64,000 nt of DNA, taken from the NCBI GenBank assembly GCA_043228905.1, contig JBHGNT010000004.1, positions 6,200,001 through 6,264,000 of the forward strand. The letters run 5' to 3'. Of this stretch, positions 49,284 to 61,350 are shown piece by piece (positions within the stretch are counted from its first letter, which is position 1; the number at the start of each line of letters is the position of its first letter). Below the pieces are notes generated by a model. The model made no database searches and had not been told where the DNA came from. It saw nothing but the letters and a program-made list of their open reading frames with translations. This stretch comes from Azolla caroliniana (taxonomy: Eukaryota > Plantae > Polypodiophyta). The position numbers were made by a program, and so were the translations under genes.

Positions 49284-51540
49284 CCTCCGAGTGATCAAAG
49301 CACATCTCGACCGAGTCCGAAGCTAGACAAAGGGAAGGCGAAAATGCCGGAGTATGAAGACGATCACTTCAACAGCAACGAATCGCCTCACTCCCTCGAT
49401 AGTGAGTTTGAAGGCCTTGACATCCGGACAAATGGAGCGAAAGAAGCCTTAGTATCCGCAAACGAGAAGCTCTGTCGATCCACCCGTGAAAAGAACCCCG
49501 TAACCCGATTCGGCTACAATGATTAAATGGCATATCATTACGCCTTTATGATGAAGGTAGCGTTAGTACGGGAGCTGGAAACCTTTTCCGAAGCCGTAAA
49601 GGATCCGCGATGGGTCGATGCGATGAATGAAGAAATGCAAGCCCTATGCAAAAACGAGACATGGGATCTCATTCCTCACATTCGGCACAAGAAAGCGATT
49701 GGTTGTCGATGGATTTACAAAGTGAAACAGAATGCCGACGGCTCCATAAATCGTTTCAAAGCACGACTTGTTGCAAAAGGATACACACAAACGCATGGAG
49801 TTGACTACAAAGAAACCTTTGCCCCAGTGGCAAAGATGACAACTGTGCGAACCGTGGTTGCAATCACAACAGCAAAAGGGTGGCACCTCCATCAAATGGA
49901 TGTGAAGAACGCCTTCCTCCAAGGGGAACTAGAGGAGGAACTGTACATGATCCAACCACCCGGCTTTGAATCGCGCCATCATCCGAACGCCGTATGCCGA
50001 CTCAAGAAGCCACTTTACGGCCTCAAACAAGCACTGCGTACATGGCATTCGAAGATCACGCAGTATCTTCATCAAATCGGATTTCGAGTGTCAAAATCTG
50101 ATAATTCTCTGTACCTCCAAAACGAATCAGATATCTCGATCATCATCATCCTATACGTGGATGATTTGGTCATCGGAGGAAAGGAGCTCGCTGAGATTAA
50201 CAAGGTCAAATCACTTCTCTCTGGCAAATTCAAAATGAAAGACATGCACGAGCTCCATTAGTTCTTAGGCATCGAAGTAGTTCGGACACCAGTCAGGATA
50301 ATGATCTCACAACGACACTATGTCCTCAACTTACTCTACAAGTTCGGCAAGACGGAGTGCAAACCTGTGTCCACCCTGCTTGACCGTAATCTCAAGCTTG
50401 ATGTTGATTCTGGAACAACCGAGTGCGAGCCAACTCAGTATCGCCAATTGATCGGCAACCTCATCTACCTAACCATTATGTGACCCGACCTTAGCTATTC
50501 GGTCGGCCTACTTAGCCAATTCATGTAGAATCTGCAAAACCTTCATCTTGATTGTGCTAAGAGGGTACTTCGGTACGCCAGTGGTACCATGGATTATGGC
50601 ATCAAATACAAGTCAAATACGATAATTCGACTCGAAGGGTACATAGACGTGGACTGGGCAGGTTATAAAGCGGATAGATGGCCAACATCAGGATTCGTCT
50701 TCTCCCTCAGTAGCGGAGCAATCTCATGGAGTAGCAAGAAGAAACTAATAGTCGCACTGTCGAGCACAAAGGCTGAATACAGGGGCACGACAGTCGTCGC
50801 GTGTGAAGCCGTATGGCTCAGGCGTATATTAAAGGATCTGGGTGTACCCATCAAGGATCCGATTTGTCTATACTGCGACAACATGAGCAGTATCTACCTG
50901 GCGTGGAACCTCGTATTCCACGCACAGACTAAGCATGTCGAAGTGCACTACCACTTCATCCGCGAACGCGTGTAGGCCGGAGATATAGACTTACACCACA
51001 TCAACACGAATCTACAAGTAGCCGACATTTTCATGAAAGCCCTGGGTATCGACAAGCTGCGTCAGTTCGTGTCGAACCTTGGCCTATCTATTCCCAACCA
51101 GCCGAGCTTGAGGGGGAGTACAGAATGGTGAACCGATCGATTGATCGAAGCCGAACAAGGAGTACGCAACCGAAAAGCCGAACAATCGAAGTTCGAAGCA
51201 TTCCGAAGACCGATCCGAAACAATTTTTCGATATCCGTAAGTTGTGTTTAAAGGGGCGTGTTGAGAATCGAACTCAACTTCCCATAGAAATAGGTTTCAC
51301 ACTAGCTCATGGACATATCAGGCTAGTTTTGTAAATAGTAGATAGGGCCCTTGCCCTAGTTTAGTTGGTATTTAAACCAACCTTTTGTAACTTTGTTACT
51401 GTTGGATGTAATACATAGTTTTCTCATCTTAAGACTCTCTCTCTCTCTGTTTCTCATAAGTGCTCACACACACAAACCCACACACACACACACACACACA
51501 CAGTCCTACCGCTGCATACAATCACTCTCCTTTCTTTACA

Positions 51541-52438
51541 CTTCCAATCCAATCATTTTTCTAACATCTAGCTTCCACTTTTTTAATAATGCTAAAATGC
51601 TTTCTGTTATTGTGTTTGATGTACCATCCTCTACTTCAAGTAACCCCAAATAAGAGGTTCTTACTTGTCGTCCTTCCGCAAATGTAGCGTAAAGAATCAA
51701 GTTCTTGGTTACTCTTACATCGGTAGCTTCATCTACCATAAGCCCAAACCAAGGACTTTTCCTCAACCTATCATAGACCTCAGCTTCAAGAGCCTTGCTA
51801 ATGTGCAAGATAAAGCTTGCACAAGCCTTATTATCGTTATAATACATTCGTGGAAGGCCTTCCACACCACATTCTCTTAACAATCGTAAGAGGCTTTCCA
51901 ACTTTCTAAATGCCAAATACTCTTTAGCTATAAAATATGCACATTTAAACAATTTTTCAATTGCTACATCCACACTAGCTTCTTTTTTTTATGCACATTT
52001 TTCAAGACCGTTCTTGTCTCGTTCTTGTAACAAAATGGCATGACAATGGGCCACACTTCTTGTATGTTCTTCTAATGCAGAAGTCTTAACGTTTTTGGCA
52101 CCTGTTTTGCCAAATGAAGAGTTACAATGAGGATCACTCCTACAATAACTACACCATAAAAGACCAGTTTCCAAATCCTCTTGAAGCCACTTAAATTTAG
52201 TAAACCAATCTTCTTGAAATTTTAATTTGGCCTTACTAATTCTATTCATCTCATGAAGTAATTCTTTAGAGTGTTGACGATCCTTTATAGGCTCTTCTAG
52301 AGACACATCTTCATTGAAAGATGGCAAGTTTTTCCTAAAACCATGCATTGTAAAGAGGTTGATTTGCTTTCCTTCGCCTTTCGTATTTTTGTTGTGGGAC
52401 ATACTATAACAATAATGTAGAGAACGTTGGACTAACAT
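51541..52438 (-). pseudogene. hAT transposase, N-terminal part (TTF-type zinc finger, DUF4371-like)
   Basis: FQEDWFTKFKWL..LWCSYC..LEEHTRSVAH and WFGLMVDEATD; joins 32964 across Copia D as 'MIGLG|SDGASVM'. Confidence 0.9.
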
Positions 52439-53535
52439 AATCTATGGATTCCATTTACAAGAAGGCGAAACATACATACACAATCCATGTTTCCCAAAGA
52501 GAAAACACAAATTAAGATACCTGGGATATTTGAAGATTACAAGGAAATAAGGATCAAGTTTCCACTATAGATCTTCCAATCTATCACAAAATAAAGAAGA
52601 AAGAGGGTGGCTCACATTAGCTTACACACACATGCAAATCCATGTATGTAAATGTGAAAGACATTGAGGGAACAAATATATTGCAAACAATATTGAAGGA
52701 AAGGATGAAGAGAAAGAAGGTAGTGTATATATTAAAACAAGAGGACAATACAAATGCAATTAAATGAACATTTTGTCATGAACAATTGATCAATCAAACA
52801 CTCTTGGTATTGTGATTAAAGATAAATGTCCTTGCTACAAATTTTGTGTCATGCAAATTTGTACATATGTGATAACATGTATGAAAAAAAATCGAGAATT
52901 TGATCAGACTTTGTATTAAAATGTACGAATACTATGATGGAAGATTGTATTGATAGTGAAAAATTCAGCTAGCATATCTAAAATTGACCAACTTTTGGGG
53001 CATGCGGAGAGCCATCTTCTTCAATCTAAAGGCTTGTAAGAAATGAAACACATTTGACAATCAAACATTGGTGCGGATACTTGGGTATAGAGAAATAGAC
53101 ATTCTTTGTTTTATAATTAAGTATCCGCGTGAAATATATCTATGTACATATGTCGGTGTATATCTATCTAGAATCTAGATACAAATTTAGATATTATGTT
53201 GTGAGTCGTGACAATTATATTGATTTATATTCAAAAGACAAACATAATACTTATAAGAAAATCTTGATACATTTTTAGAGCTTGGTGTAATAAAGAATAA
53301 AAAAACAAGCACACTGTTTTAACATTTGGCGAAAATTTTAACATTCAATGCATTCTCCAACATATACTCCTTGCATGAATGTAAATTCCTCATCGTTTGA
53401 AGGGTTTATGGTTGATGGAACTTAGAGGACCTTGACATGACTTTATCACCTGTTCCTTGCAATTAGGTGATTTGTGTGCTTTCACGAATGACACGATTTT
53501 ATCATGAGCAAACGTGACAAATAACAATGTTGTAG

Positions 53536-55407
53536 ATGTTTAAGCGGGCCAAAGGGGGGCTTGGCCTCATAGACCCCTTAATGCAGAGCCGAGCATTGCT
53601 AGCCAAAATGGTGTTTCGCTGCCTCCTGCCAAGTAAGGGGTGTTGGAAGGTTCTACTTCGCAATAGGTTGCAGGCAGGGACTCCCAAGTATGGTAGGCCT
53701 TGGCTCGACTCCTTGAATTGGTGTTGCACAAGCGGAGTCCCACCCAAGATGGCTTGTCTTCCGGAGGAGAGGGTCACGAACTCCATCTTGCGGGCATGGT
53801 GTCACGTACGACATCATTTGGTCAAGCACACGCCGGAGACACTAATCGAGTGGTCTAGACAACCATTATTTTGGAACCCTCAGGTGCGAACAAGTGACAA
53901 CATGATGTTAGGCCAACTTAAGCGCCTAGCATGGGGAAAACTGGCGCAAACAGGGCTTCACTCTTTAGATGATTGGAGACACACGATGGCTTTAGGAGGA
54001 GCCCAAGAGGTCCCATTCCCTCCCTTCAAGGGAGCCATGAAAATGTGGAGATTGATAGTTGAGGCAGTTGATAGGGTTCTGATGGGGGAGGTGAGAGAAG
54101 ATGCTTGGTTCGGTCTCTTTGATGAGGCTGGAAGGGTTAAGGCGCTGAAGGGCGTGAGCGGATCGGGAAGAGATAGGATTTTTGGGGAGAGTCAGAGTAG
54201 GGGCTCTTGGCACCCAATCCACGTGGTGGCGCAGGTTGGTAACATCTGGAAGACAAACCCGGATGTTGCTAAGGTGGAACCCCATTGGAAGTTAAGGGTA
54301 TATGGTTGTCGTCCCCTCGTCGAACTAGAATGGGACCCAGGGGATTTCAAGTGGAAACATGATGGCAGATTTTGCCATTTCTTCGAGTACAACACTAAAC
54401 TAGGTCGGACTTTTCAACTTCAGCTAGACGGCCCCTTACGCAATGGCTGGCGTACATTGGGCATCCCTGATGAGGTGCTTATTACCTTTTGGAAGGGTCT
54501 TTGGCGTCTCCACTTGCCGAAAAAGATAAAAAAAATTTGGTGGCAAATCGGTCATAATGTGGTTCCCGTTGGCGAATGGCTAGGTAAACGTGGCGGCCCG
54601 TTAGGCTGCCCACTTTGCCATTCACCTATTGAGACTCTGAGGCATTGTCTGTGGGATTGCCCTCACGCTCAAAAGGTATGGGATAGAATGACTCGCCTCC
54701 TTGCGGCATGTGAAGTGGAAGGAATAACATCGTGGAGTGTTGCGGCATGGCTTGATCACTCTGTTGATAGGTGGATGGATGCCTTCAATGCGGATGGTTG
54801 GTGCTACGTATGCATGAGAGGCAAAATCGCCAAGATTCGATTTGAGAGAGGCTTGCAGTCCGCATCCCCTAGGTTCCCAGACATTTGGATGTTGATCACA
54901 GGTTTCACCCTGTGGTATGTATGGAAAGCGCGTTGCCTAAAGGTCTTCCAGGATCTGGTGCGGCCCCCGGAGGAAGTGATCATGGACATATGGTTTGTGC
55001 TTATTAGCTGCCTACGAGGGCAATTGGACAAGGTTTGCAGCCATTCCTCTAACGTGGGTACTGCCCGTTTGCGCTTTTGACAGAAATGGCGGAACACCCC
55101 TATGGTGACACAAGGAGGAAGTGGCCCGAGGTGGAACTACCAGCCCCCACGTTGGTTGTTTCCGGCTCACTTACCACCCTCCCTTTGCTGTCGACCCCAA
55201 GAGTTGTCTCATACTAGCCATCACTGCAGGGCACCGTTTGAGCTGCAAGTACTTACGTAGTCAGTCTGAAAGGCAATGTAACTAGTCTCATTTTCTTGAA
55301 CTTGATCAGAGGGAGATTCCCCGATCTATGTTTAAGCCTCCTTGTACAGTCTCTTTGTAATAATCCTTCCTAACTAATGGGAAAGTAGCTTCATTTTGGA
55401 AAAAAAG
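53536..55407 (+). mobile_element. 5'-truncated L1-clade LINE (post-RT region with zf-RVT)
   Basis: 514-aa ORF starting KGGLGL, with WKGLW..LPKKIK..WQIGH..P..CPLC..ETLRHCLWDC and WYVWKARC motifs; A-rich tail near 55400. Confidence 0.88.
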
Positions 55408-55789
55408 AAGAAGTTTTCATGACTATTATACGAATTCAATATTTTTTTAAGGGCAACCATAGAATAGATTTACTGGAGCCTCCTCATTTTGCACAATGTA
55501 AACATAAAACTTGCAATAATTTGATGGCCTTAATAATGTGATTGCAAGCACACAATTAAGTGCAAATCGTTAATTTGGAATGCAACAAACATTTAGTTAT
55601 TTTACATTTGTAAGTTTTCAATCACGTGGATATGAAGCATTTAGAGTCTATTTACTCTTATTCTCGAGTGTCATAACTTATTCAAATGGTTATGTTTTTT
55701 GAAAACAGAGAAAATAGATAATAAAAAAAAAGAGAAAATAGAGAGAATTCATAAACAAAGAAAGACAAACATACGTACTAGAGTGGTAG

Positions 55790-56090
55790 AGTGGCAACAA
55801 GTAGGCAGGGATGAGCAATCAGCAATGAGCGAGCAGGGATGAGAAATCGGCAACGAGCGAGTAGGGAGGAGCAACCAACAATGAGCAAGCAGGGAGGAGC
55901 AATCCGCAACGGGGGAGCAGGGAGGAGCAATCAACAATGAGCGAGCAGGGAGGCACAATTGACAACGAGCAAGCAGAGAGGATCAATCAGCAACAAGTGA
56001 GCAAGGAGGAGCGATGGGCAACGAGCAAGCAGGGAGGAGCAAGTGGCAAGGAGCCAAACAGGGAGGAGCAAGCAACAAGGAAGGAGTAGC
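55790..56090. repeat. Degenerate ~27-29-bp purine-rich minisatellite
   Basis: Repeats of GAGC(A/G)AGCAGGGAGGAGCAATC..CAAC. Confidence 0.8.
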
Positions 56091-56903
56091 AAAAAATGGA
56101 AGAACGTGACGCGAAGAAGAAAGAATGGAACAAATAGGGAGCAACGAGCAGCACGAAGAGGGAAAGCAGTGATTCGTGAACAATAAAAAAAAGAAGGAAG
56201 AATAGGGAAAAAGAGGGGGAAAAGAAAAATTTACATACATATACAAAACCTTTTTCTAATCTATATAAATAGTCGGCTCATAAAATATGAACCGGCTAGA
56301 TTTCGGCCAGGTGGAAAACCTGGTCGGAATTAGTTCCAATTGTCTCTCATGGTGATCGACAAAAGTCCCAATTCAACCGGAACCTTGACACTGTTCCTAG
56401 GACTTTGCCCAACATTGGTAAGGAGCCTAGAGAATAATCAACTTAGAATTAAAGAATAAGGATTTGAGAATATATAACATCATTACATGACATTATTTTA
56501 AGTGTGTTATATAGAAGCATATAATATATTATTATACACATCATACATAGTACATACATATATGACATGGAAAATAGAATTTTAGCATGTCATTTAACAT
56601 GTATAAATTTTAAGTACCTTTCACATAAAAATGAAAATTTAAACTCTTATAAGTCACTTGACAAATATTATTGTTGGGTGTAAGTTTTTTATGGGCAAAA
56701 TCGCCTTTGACATGCATGACACCCATCCAATTTTTGCCTTGATGGGGGGAGTATCTTGAGTGTTTCTGAATAGTTCTATTGGTAAACCAACATTAGAAAC
56801 AATTCAATGAAGGTATACCCTAAACAAAATGATGTTGCAAAATGAAAGAATATAGTTGTCATTGTGCATGGTCAACTTGTGAGGTTTAATAAAGAAGGAA
56901 ATT

Positions 56904-57241
56904 GGCAGAAATGGCAGAACACGCCTATGGTGACACAAGGAGGAAGTGGCCCGAGGTGGAACTACTAGCCCCCACGTTGGTTGTTTCCGTCTCACTTACC
57001 ACCCTCCCTTCGTTGTTGACCCCAGGAGTTGTCTCGTACTAGGCATCACTGAAGGGCGTCGTTTTTAGCTATAGGTACTTACATTAAGTAGTCAGTTCGA
57101 AAGGTGATGTAACTAGTCTCATTTTCTTGAATTTGATCGGAGGGAGATTCCCCGATCTATGTATAAGCCTCCTTGTACAATCTCTTTGTAATAATCCTTC
57201 CTAACTAATTGGAAAGTAGCTTCATTTTGAAAAAAAATAAA
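56904..57241 (+). mobile_element. Second, short 3'-end copy of the same L1
   Basis: Matches 55079-55407; 16-bp TSD AATAAAGAAGGAAATT at 56888-56903 and 57242-57257. Confidence 0.92.
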
Positions 57242-58894
57242 AATAAAGAAGGAAATTTGCACTTTTGTACTTTTGTTTTCAATTTTAGGTGGGGTTGTAA
57301 AACTAAAGGTGAGAGTGGTGTTACATTGAGATACCATTTTCTTATGTAGCAATAATATCGATATATATTGTATATTATTGATCACGCTTAGACCTTTCTA
57401 TGCATGTCTTACAAAAGAGTGCCATTGAATGAGTCAACCTTCATCATTCGCCACCTTATCATTTTACACTCTCACTTTCTCTCTTTACCTTCCTACAATG
57501 CTCGCTTCTCTCAAATAGCCTAGATTTCCTGCACACAAGTAATTATTCACACAAATAGTAAAGAATCTTCCCTGCAAAAGGCCAATCTATTATGTTGGTG
57601 TTTCATTGGGATATTTTCACAATGCGACGAAGGAAATGACTTTGTTGATGGTGCTTCAAAATGATTTTTTGCCTATGATACTGCTCAAATGTAACATGAG
57701 TTTTGGAGATATGTTCATTTCCATTAAAATCTTAATCCCGATGGTATCTCGATTTTGTGTTTTTCAAATCACTCTATATTATTTTGGAGCAATTTAATAT
57801 GTGTACGTATGTAATGCAAGTTGTTATAGTTTTGATTTAATTTGTTAAGAATCAATATGGTAAATAGAAAGAAACGTTACAAAAGGGAGAGTAATGTAAA
57901 TCTTGAAAACAAAGAATATGACAACACTTCTCAATGTTTTCTTCGAGTATTGACATTGTTTAATGTCAACATATCAAGTCCCTACACCTTATTTGATGTT
58001 TTCATACATTGCATGTCAAGTCATAAGTTGTCTTGTCTTTCATTGACTTTTTTACACTCTATCTTGTCTCGTGTAAAGAGCATATGTTTCATGTACAACA
58101 ACAACGTCTCTTCAATTCAAAGTTGATACTTTGATGTTGTGAGTAATGTAGACACTTTCACGCTTGTAGTAGGGAGGAAATTGCTTCAGTTTTCATGCAG
58201 TTCCAACCCTTCGCATTTTATAGACATTAGTATCAACTATTACGTTTTTTATTTTGTGATCTCTCATTTCACGTCAACTTTTTTAGCCACACACACACTC
58301 TCTCTCTCTTTGGTAAAAGCACACAATTATATTAATTGTATGTAAAATCCACTTAGTTACAACACTTCTTAGTCTCCTCTACCTATCATATATATGCCTA
58401 TGTAGGGAGAGGGACGTCCTGTAATGCTATTAAAAAACCTGAATATGCATTTGAGGAGATCATCCCCACATGCTCTAACATCCAAAAATTCACATGAGAA
58501 TACCTTTCAAGTTCTTTATATAGGCTTTTACCCCATGTCTATTATCAAACATGAAAGCATTACACATATTCCAATTGTGTTGTAGACCCCAATAACGTAA
58601 AAATTGGAAGAATATCTCCATCTCATCATTTGAACCATTTTGAACATATTGAGAAAAAACCCATTGTTGAGGTCTCTCTTCTGATGTGGTGGTGTGTACC
58701 AGGAGCACGGGAAGGCAGGCAGGGGGTAGAGGAGGTACACAAGAAAAACTTCGTCTCTCGGGCTTCGTTCCGTGCATAGCGAGAAACACGTGAAACTTCG
58801 AAAGATGAGATTGATCAAATTATGTATGAATCATGGGCATTGTGTGCCGATTGCGGACACTGTGAGAGATTAGTTTCACACCTGCAAAGGTCCT

Positions 58895-59404
58895 AATGGT
58901 TAACAATCGGCAAAGGTTCGGTTTGATCCGAACTGAACTGCGAAACCGCGGTTTAACGGCTTACTGGTTTCAACGGTTTGGTTTGGTTTGGTTCAAGTTT
59001 GGGTTTTTTAAAACGGTTCGGTTCAGTTTCAACAGTAAAAAACCGTGGTTTAAACGGTTTAACGGTTTAATATTTAATATTTATTATTATTTTTAAAAAA
59101 ATTATTTTGAAACAATCTTTTGATTTTTAGAACTTATTCTCACATTTTAGGAACATCTTAAAAATTTTAAATAACGAAATATTTTAAATTTTAAAAAATT
59201 AAAAATTAAAAATTAAAAATTAGACCTATGTTGAAAACCGAAACTGAATCATGAAACCGCGATTTTTACAGTTTAATGGTTGAACGGTTTGAAAAAGTTT
59301 AATGGTTCGGTTTAACAGTTTCGCGGTTTGGTTCAGGTTTCAAAAAATTTAAACGGTTCGGTTTGGACCCTCTCAAAGCGAACCGTTGCCGATTGTTATT
59401 GATG
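58895..59404. mobile_element. hAT-like MITE with ~30-bp imperfect TIRs and many AAACCG/CGGTTT subterminal motifs
   Basis: TAACAATCGGCAA(A)GGTTCG...CGAACCGTTGCCGATTGTTA; AT-rich core; no TSD recognised. Confidence 0.75.
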
Positions 59405-59419
59405 GTTTGGACAGATCCT

Positions 59420-59570
59420 TTATCTATGGGCTTGGGCTTGGACTTGAGCCCTGAAAACGGCGGCCTTTCTGTACATATTTGTTTTTTCTTCCATCCCAGA
59501 GTCCCAAAGAGGAAAGAAAAGGAAAGAGGCAATCTTCAGATTTGCTCGCCAGATTCCCACAGGTAAGTCG
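59420..59570 (+). promoter_or_regulatory. Possible promoter and first non-coding exon
   Basis: Tandem TGGGCT site-II-like motifs near 59427-59438 and a strong donor CAG|GTAAGT at ~59562. Confidence 0.35.
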
Positions 59571-60149
59571 CATTTTCCTGTTCTCAATCTAAAGCTAGAA
59601 TCCCTAATGGACGAAGAACAGAAATATCTGCTTATGCTCGGAAGGTTGCCCTACAATGTATGTGCGTGCGTGTATATAGACTACAGTACGAGGTAGCATG
59701 CTTCCACCTCAGTGTTTAATGCACATTTCGAAATGCAGGAGATCTTGGCAAAAGCACAAAAAACATATTCAGACTCATTCCGACTGCAAAAACGTTAGTC
59801 TCTTGGATCTTTTTTTTGTTTTTGTTTATTGTTGTAAATTTGGCAAAAAGCATGAGAAATATATATTTGAACAAAATTCCGACTTCAAAATTTAGTCGCT
59901 TGGAACTTGCACTCATTTGCTGGATATGCACGATATGATCTCGCGTAATTTGGCTCTTTCTAATGCTTGTCGAGAAATACAAAGTTGAAGATTTCTTCTT
60001 TTGCTTTTTGTTGCAAGATGAAGGTAACACTTAAGATGTAATCTCTTATTTGGTCTTATAGGCCATTTTGGCCTCTTAAAAGACGTTAATATATCTTTCC
60101 TTCTTTTAAGAGGCTCAGATCCTCTCAAGATTGGGTAAAAACATGAATG

Positions 60150-60597
60150 AGAAGGTCAGAAAGCACTGATCATTGGAAATGAATCATGCTCGGTATGGCA
60201 AATATGGGTGTGTTTAGAAAGTACAAAGAAATATTTGAGCAAAAGTGTGGGGGATCTTGTGTGTAATGCAATAATATCTGGATACAACCTAGACATAAAG
60301 CTTGAGAATGAAGGCTTAAAAATGATTAGCCAGATGCATGATGATACTTTCTCTCCAGACTATAACTTACATTTGCGCTTTGAAAAAAGACAGCGTACTT
60401 ACCACTACATTGGGGAGACATATATGCCAAGTGTCGTGCCCTCCAAAAAGCAGTACAAGAAATATTGGAACAGCCACCAGTGTAGAGTGTGGAACATGGT
60501 GCCTTGGAAAATCATGCATAGAAATTTCTCAGCTGGGTTAAATCCAAATGTGGTTTCAGATCTCTTCCTAAACAAACGGTTGCAAAGGTTATTATGA
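60150..60597 (+). pseudogene. Possible decayed PPR gene fragment
   Basis: DLVCNAIISGY...EGLKMISQMHDDTFSPD resembles a PLS-class PPR motif; the frame is not maintained. Confidence 0.4.
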
Positions 60598-61350
60598 AAC
60601 AAATGTAGTTATGTTTGTTGTCTGGCGTACATGCAACCATACAGGTTAATCAGAGGAGGGCGAAAATCTGATTCGTGAGAATTTACAGTCTCACACCAAT
60701 ACTGAAACACTACACTTGTCTGTATGGGTTGATTTATATAGCCACACGGGATACTTCAACTGCATGGCTGAAGTTTTCCTTCGTAAGTCTTCATCATTTG
60801 ACTGTTGAATCCCCCATCGATTCTTGGCTATATATTGAGTGCTTGTTAGAAAAAAATAAAATGTGAAGCTTGGCCCTAGATGTGTTGAGAAAATATGCTT
60901 TTGATTTAAGGTTTTCAATAGAATTAAATGGCAGAATATGGGAGGTGGGAATGTTTATTGTCAAGCGTACATGTATATACACATTTAAACTATATATTTT
61001 CATACATTGATATCATTAGAGAATGTTTTCCAAGGTTGTTTGTGCATTTGCTTTTAAGAACACTGGTCATCTGTTTCTAATTGACATGTGCATTTTGATA
61101 AGTATGAATATGTGAGTCTACACCAATGTTATAATTGCGATGATGTCTTTAGACCATGACCATTTGTCGACTGACTTCAAATTGATCTAAATTTGTTTTG
61201 GTTAACTTGGTTTTTATAGGACTCTTGTGTTACTAGCAGAGACCTCCAATCCATCTGCAATTTACAAAGGTTCACAGTGTGTACTAATAAGTTGACGTGG
61301 TTTGACAAAACAGGACACTATGACTAGAAGGAGAACCTCAACCATGGTTT

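Larger units (their letters stand above)
32965..51540 (+). mobile_element. Copia D, inserted in the hAT transposase and hosting further insertions
   Basis: LTRs 32965-33250 and 51259-51540; TSD CTTCC; PBS 33251-33262. Gag/protease 33360-35017, integrase 48296-49000, RT 49527-50500 (LYVDDL), RNase H to ~51110. Confidence 0.95.

Noticed and set aside
57260-58850. Short ORFs as a gene or transposase
   Set aside because: No recognisable motif or consistent frame could be supported by eye.
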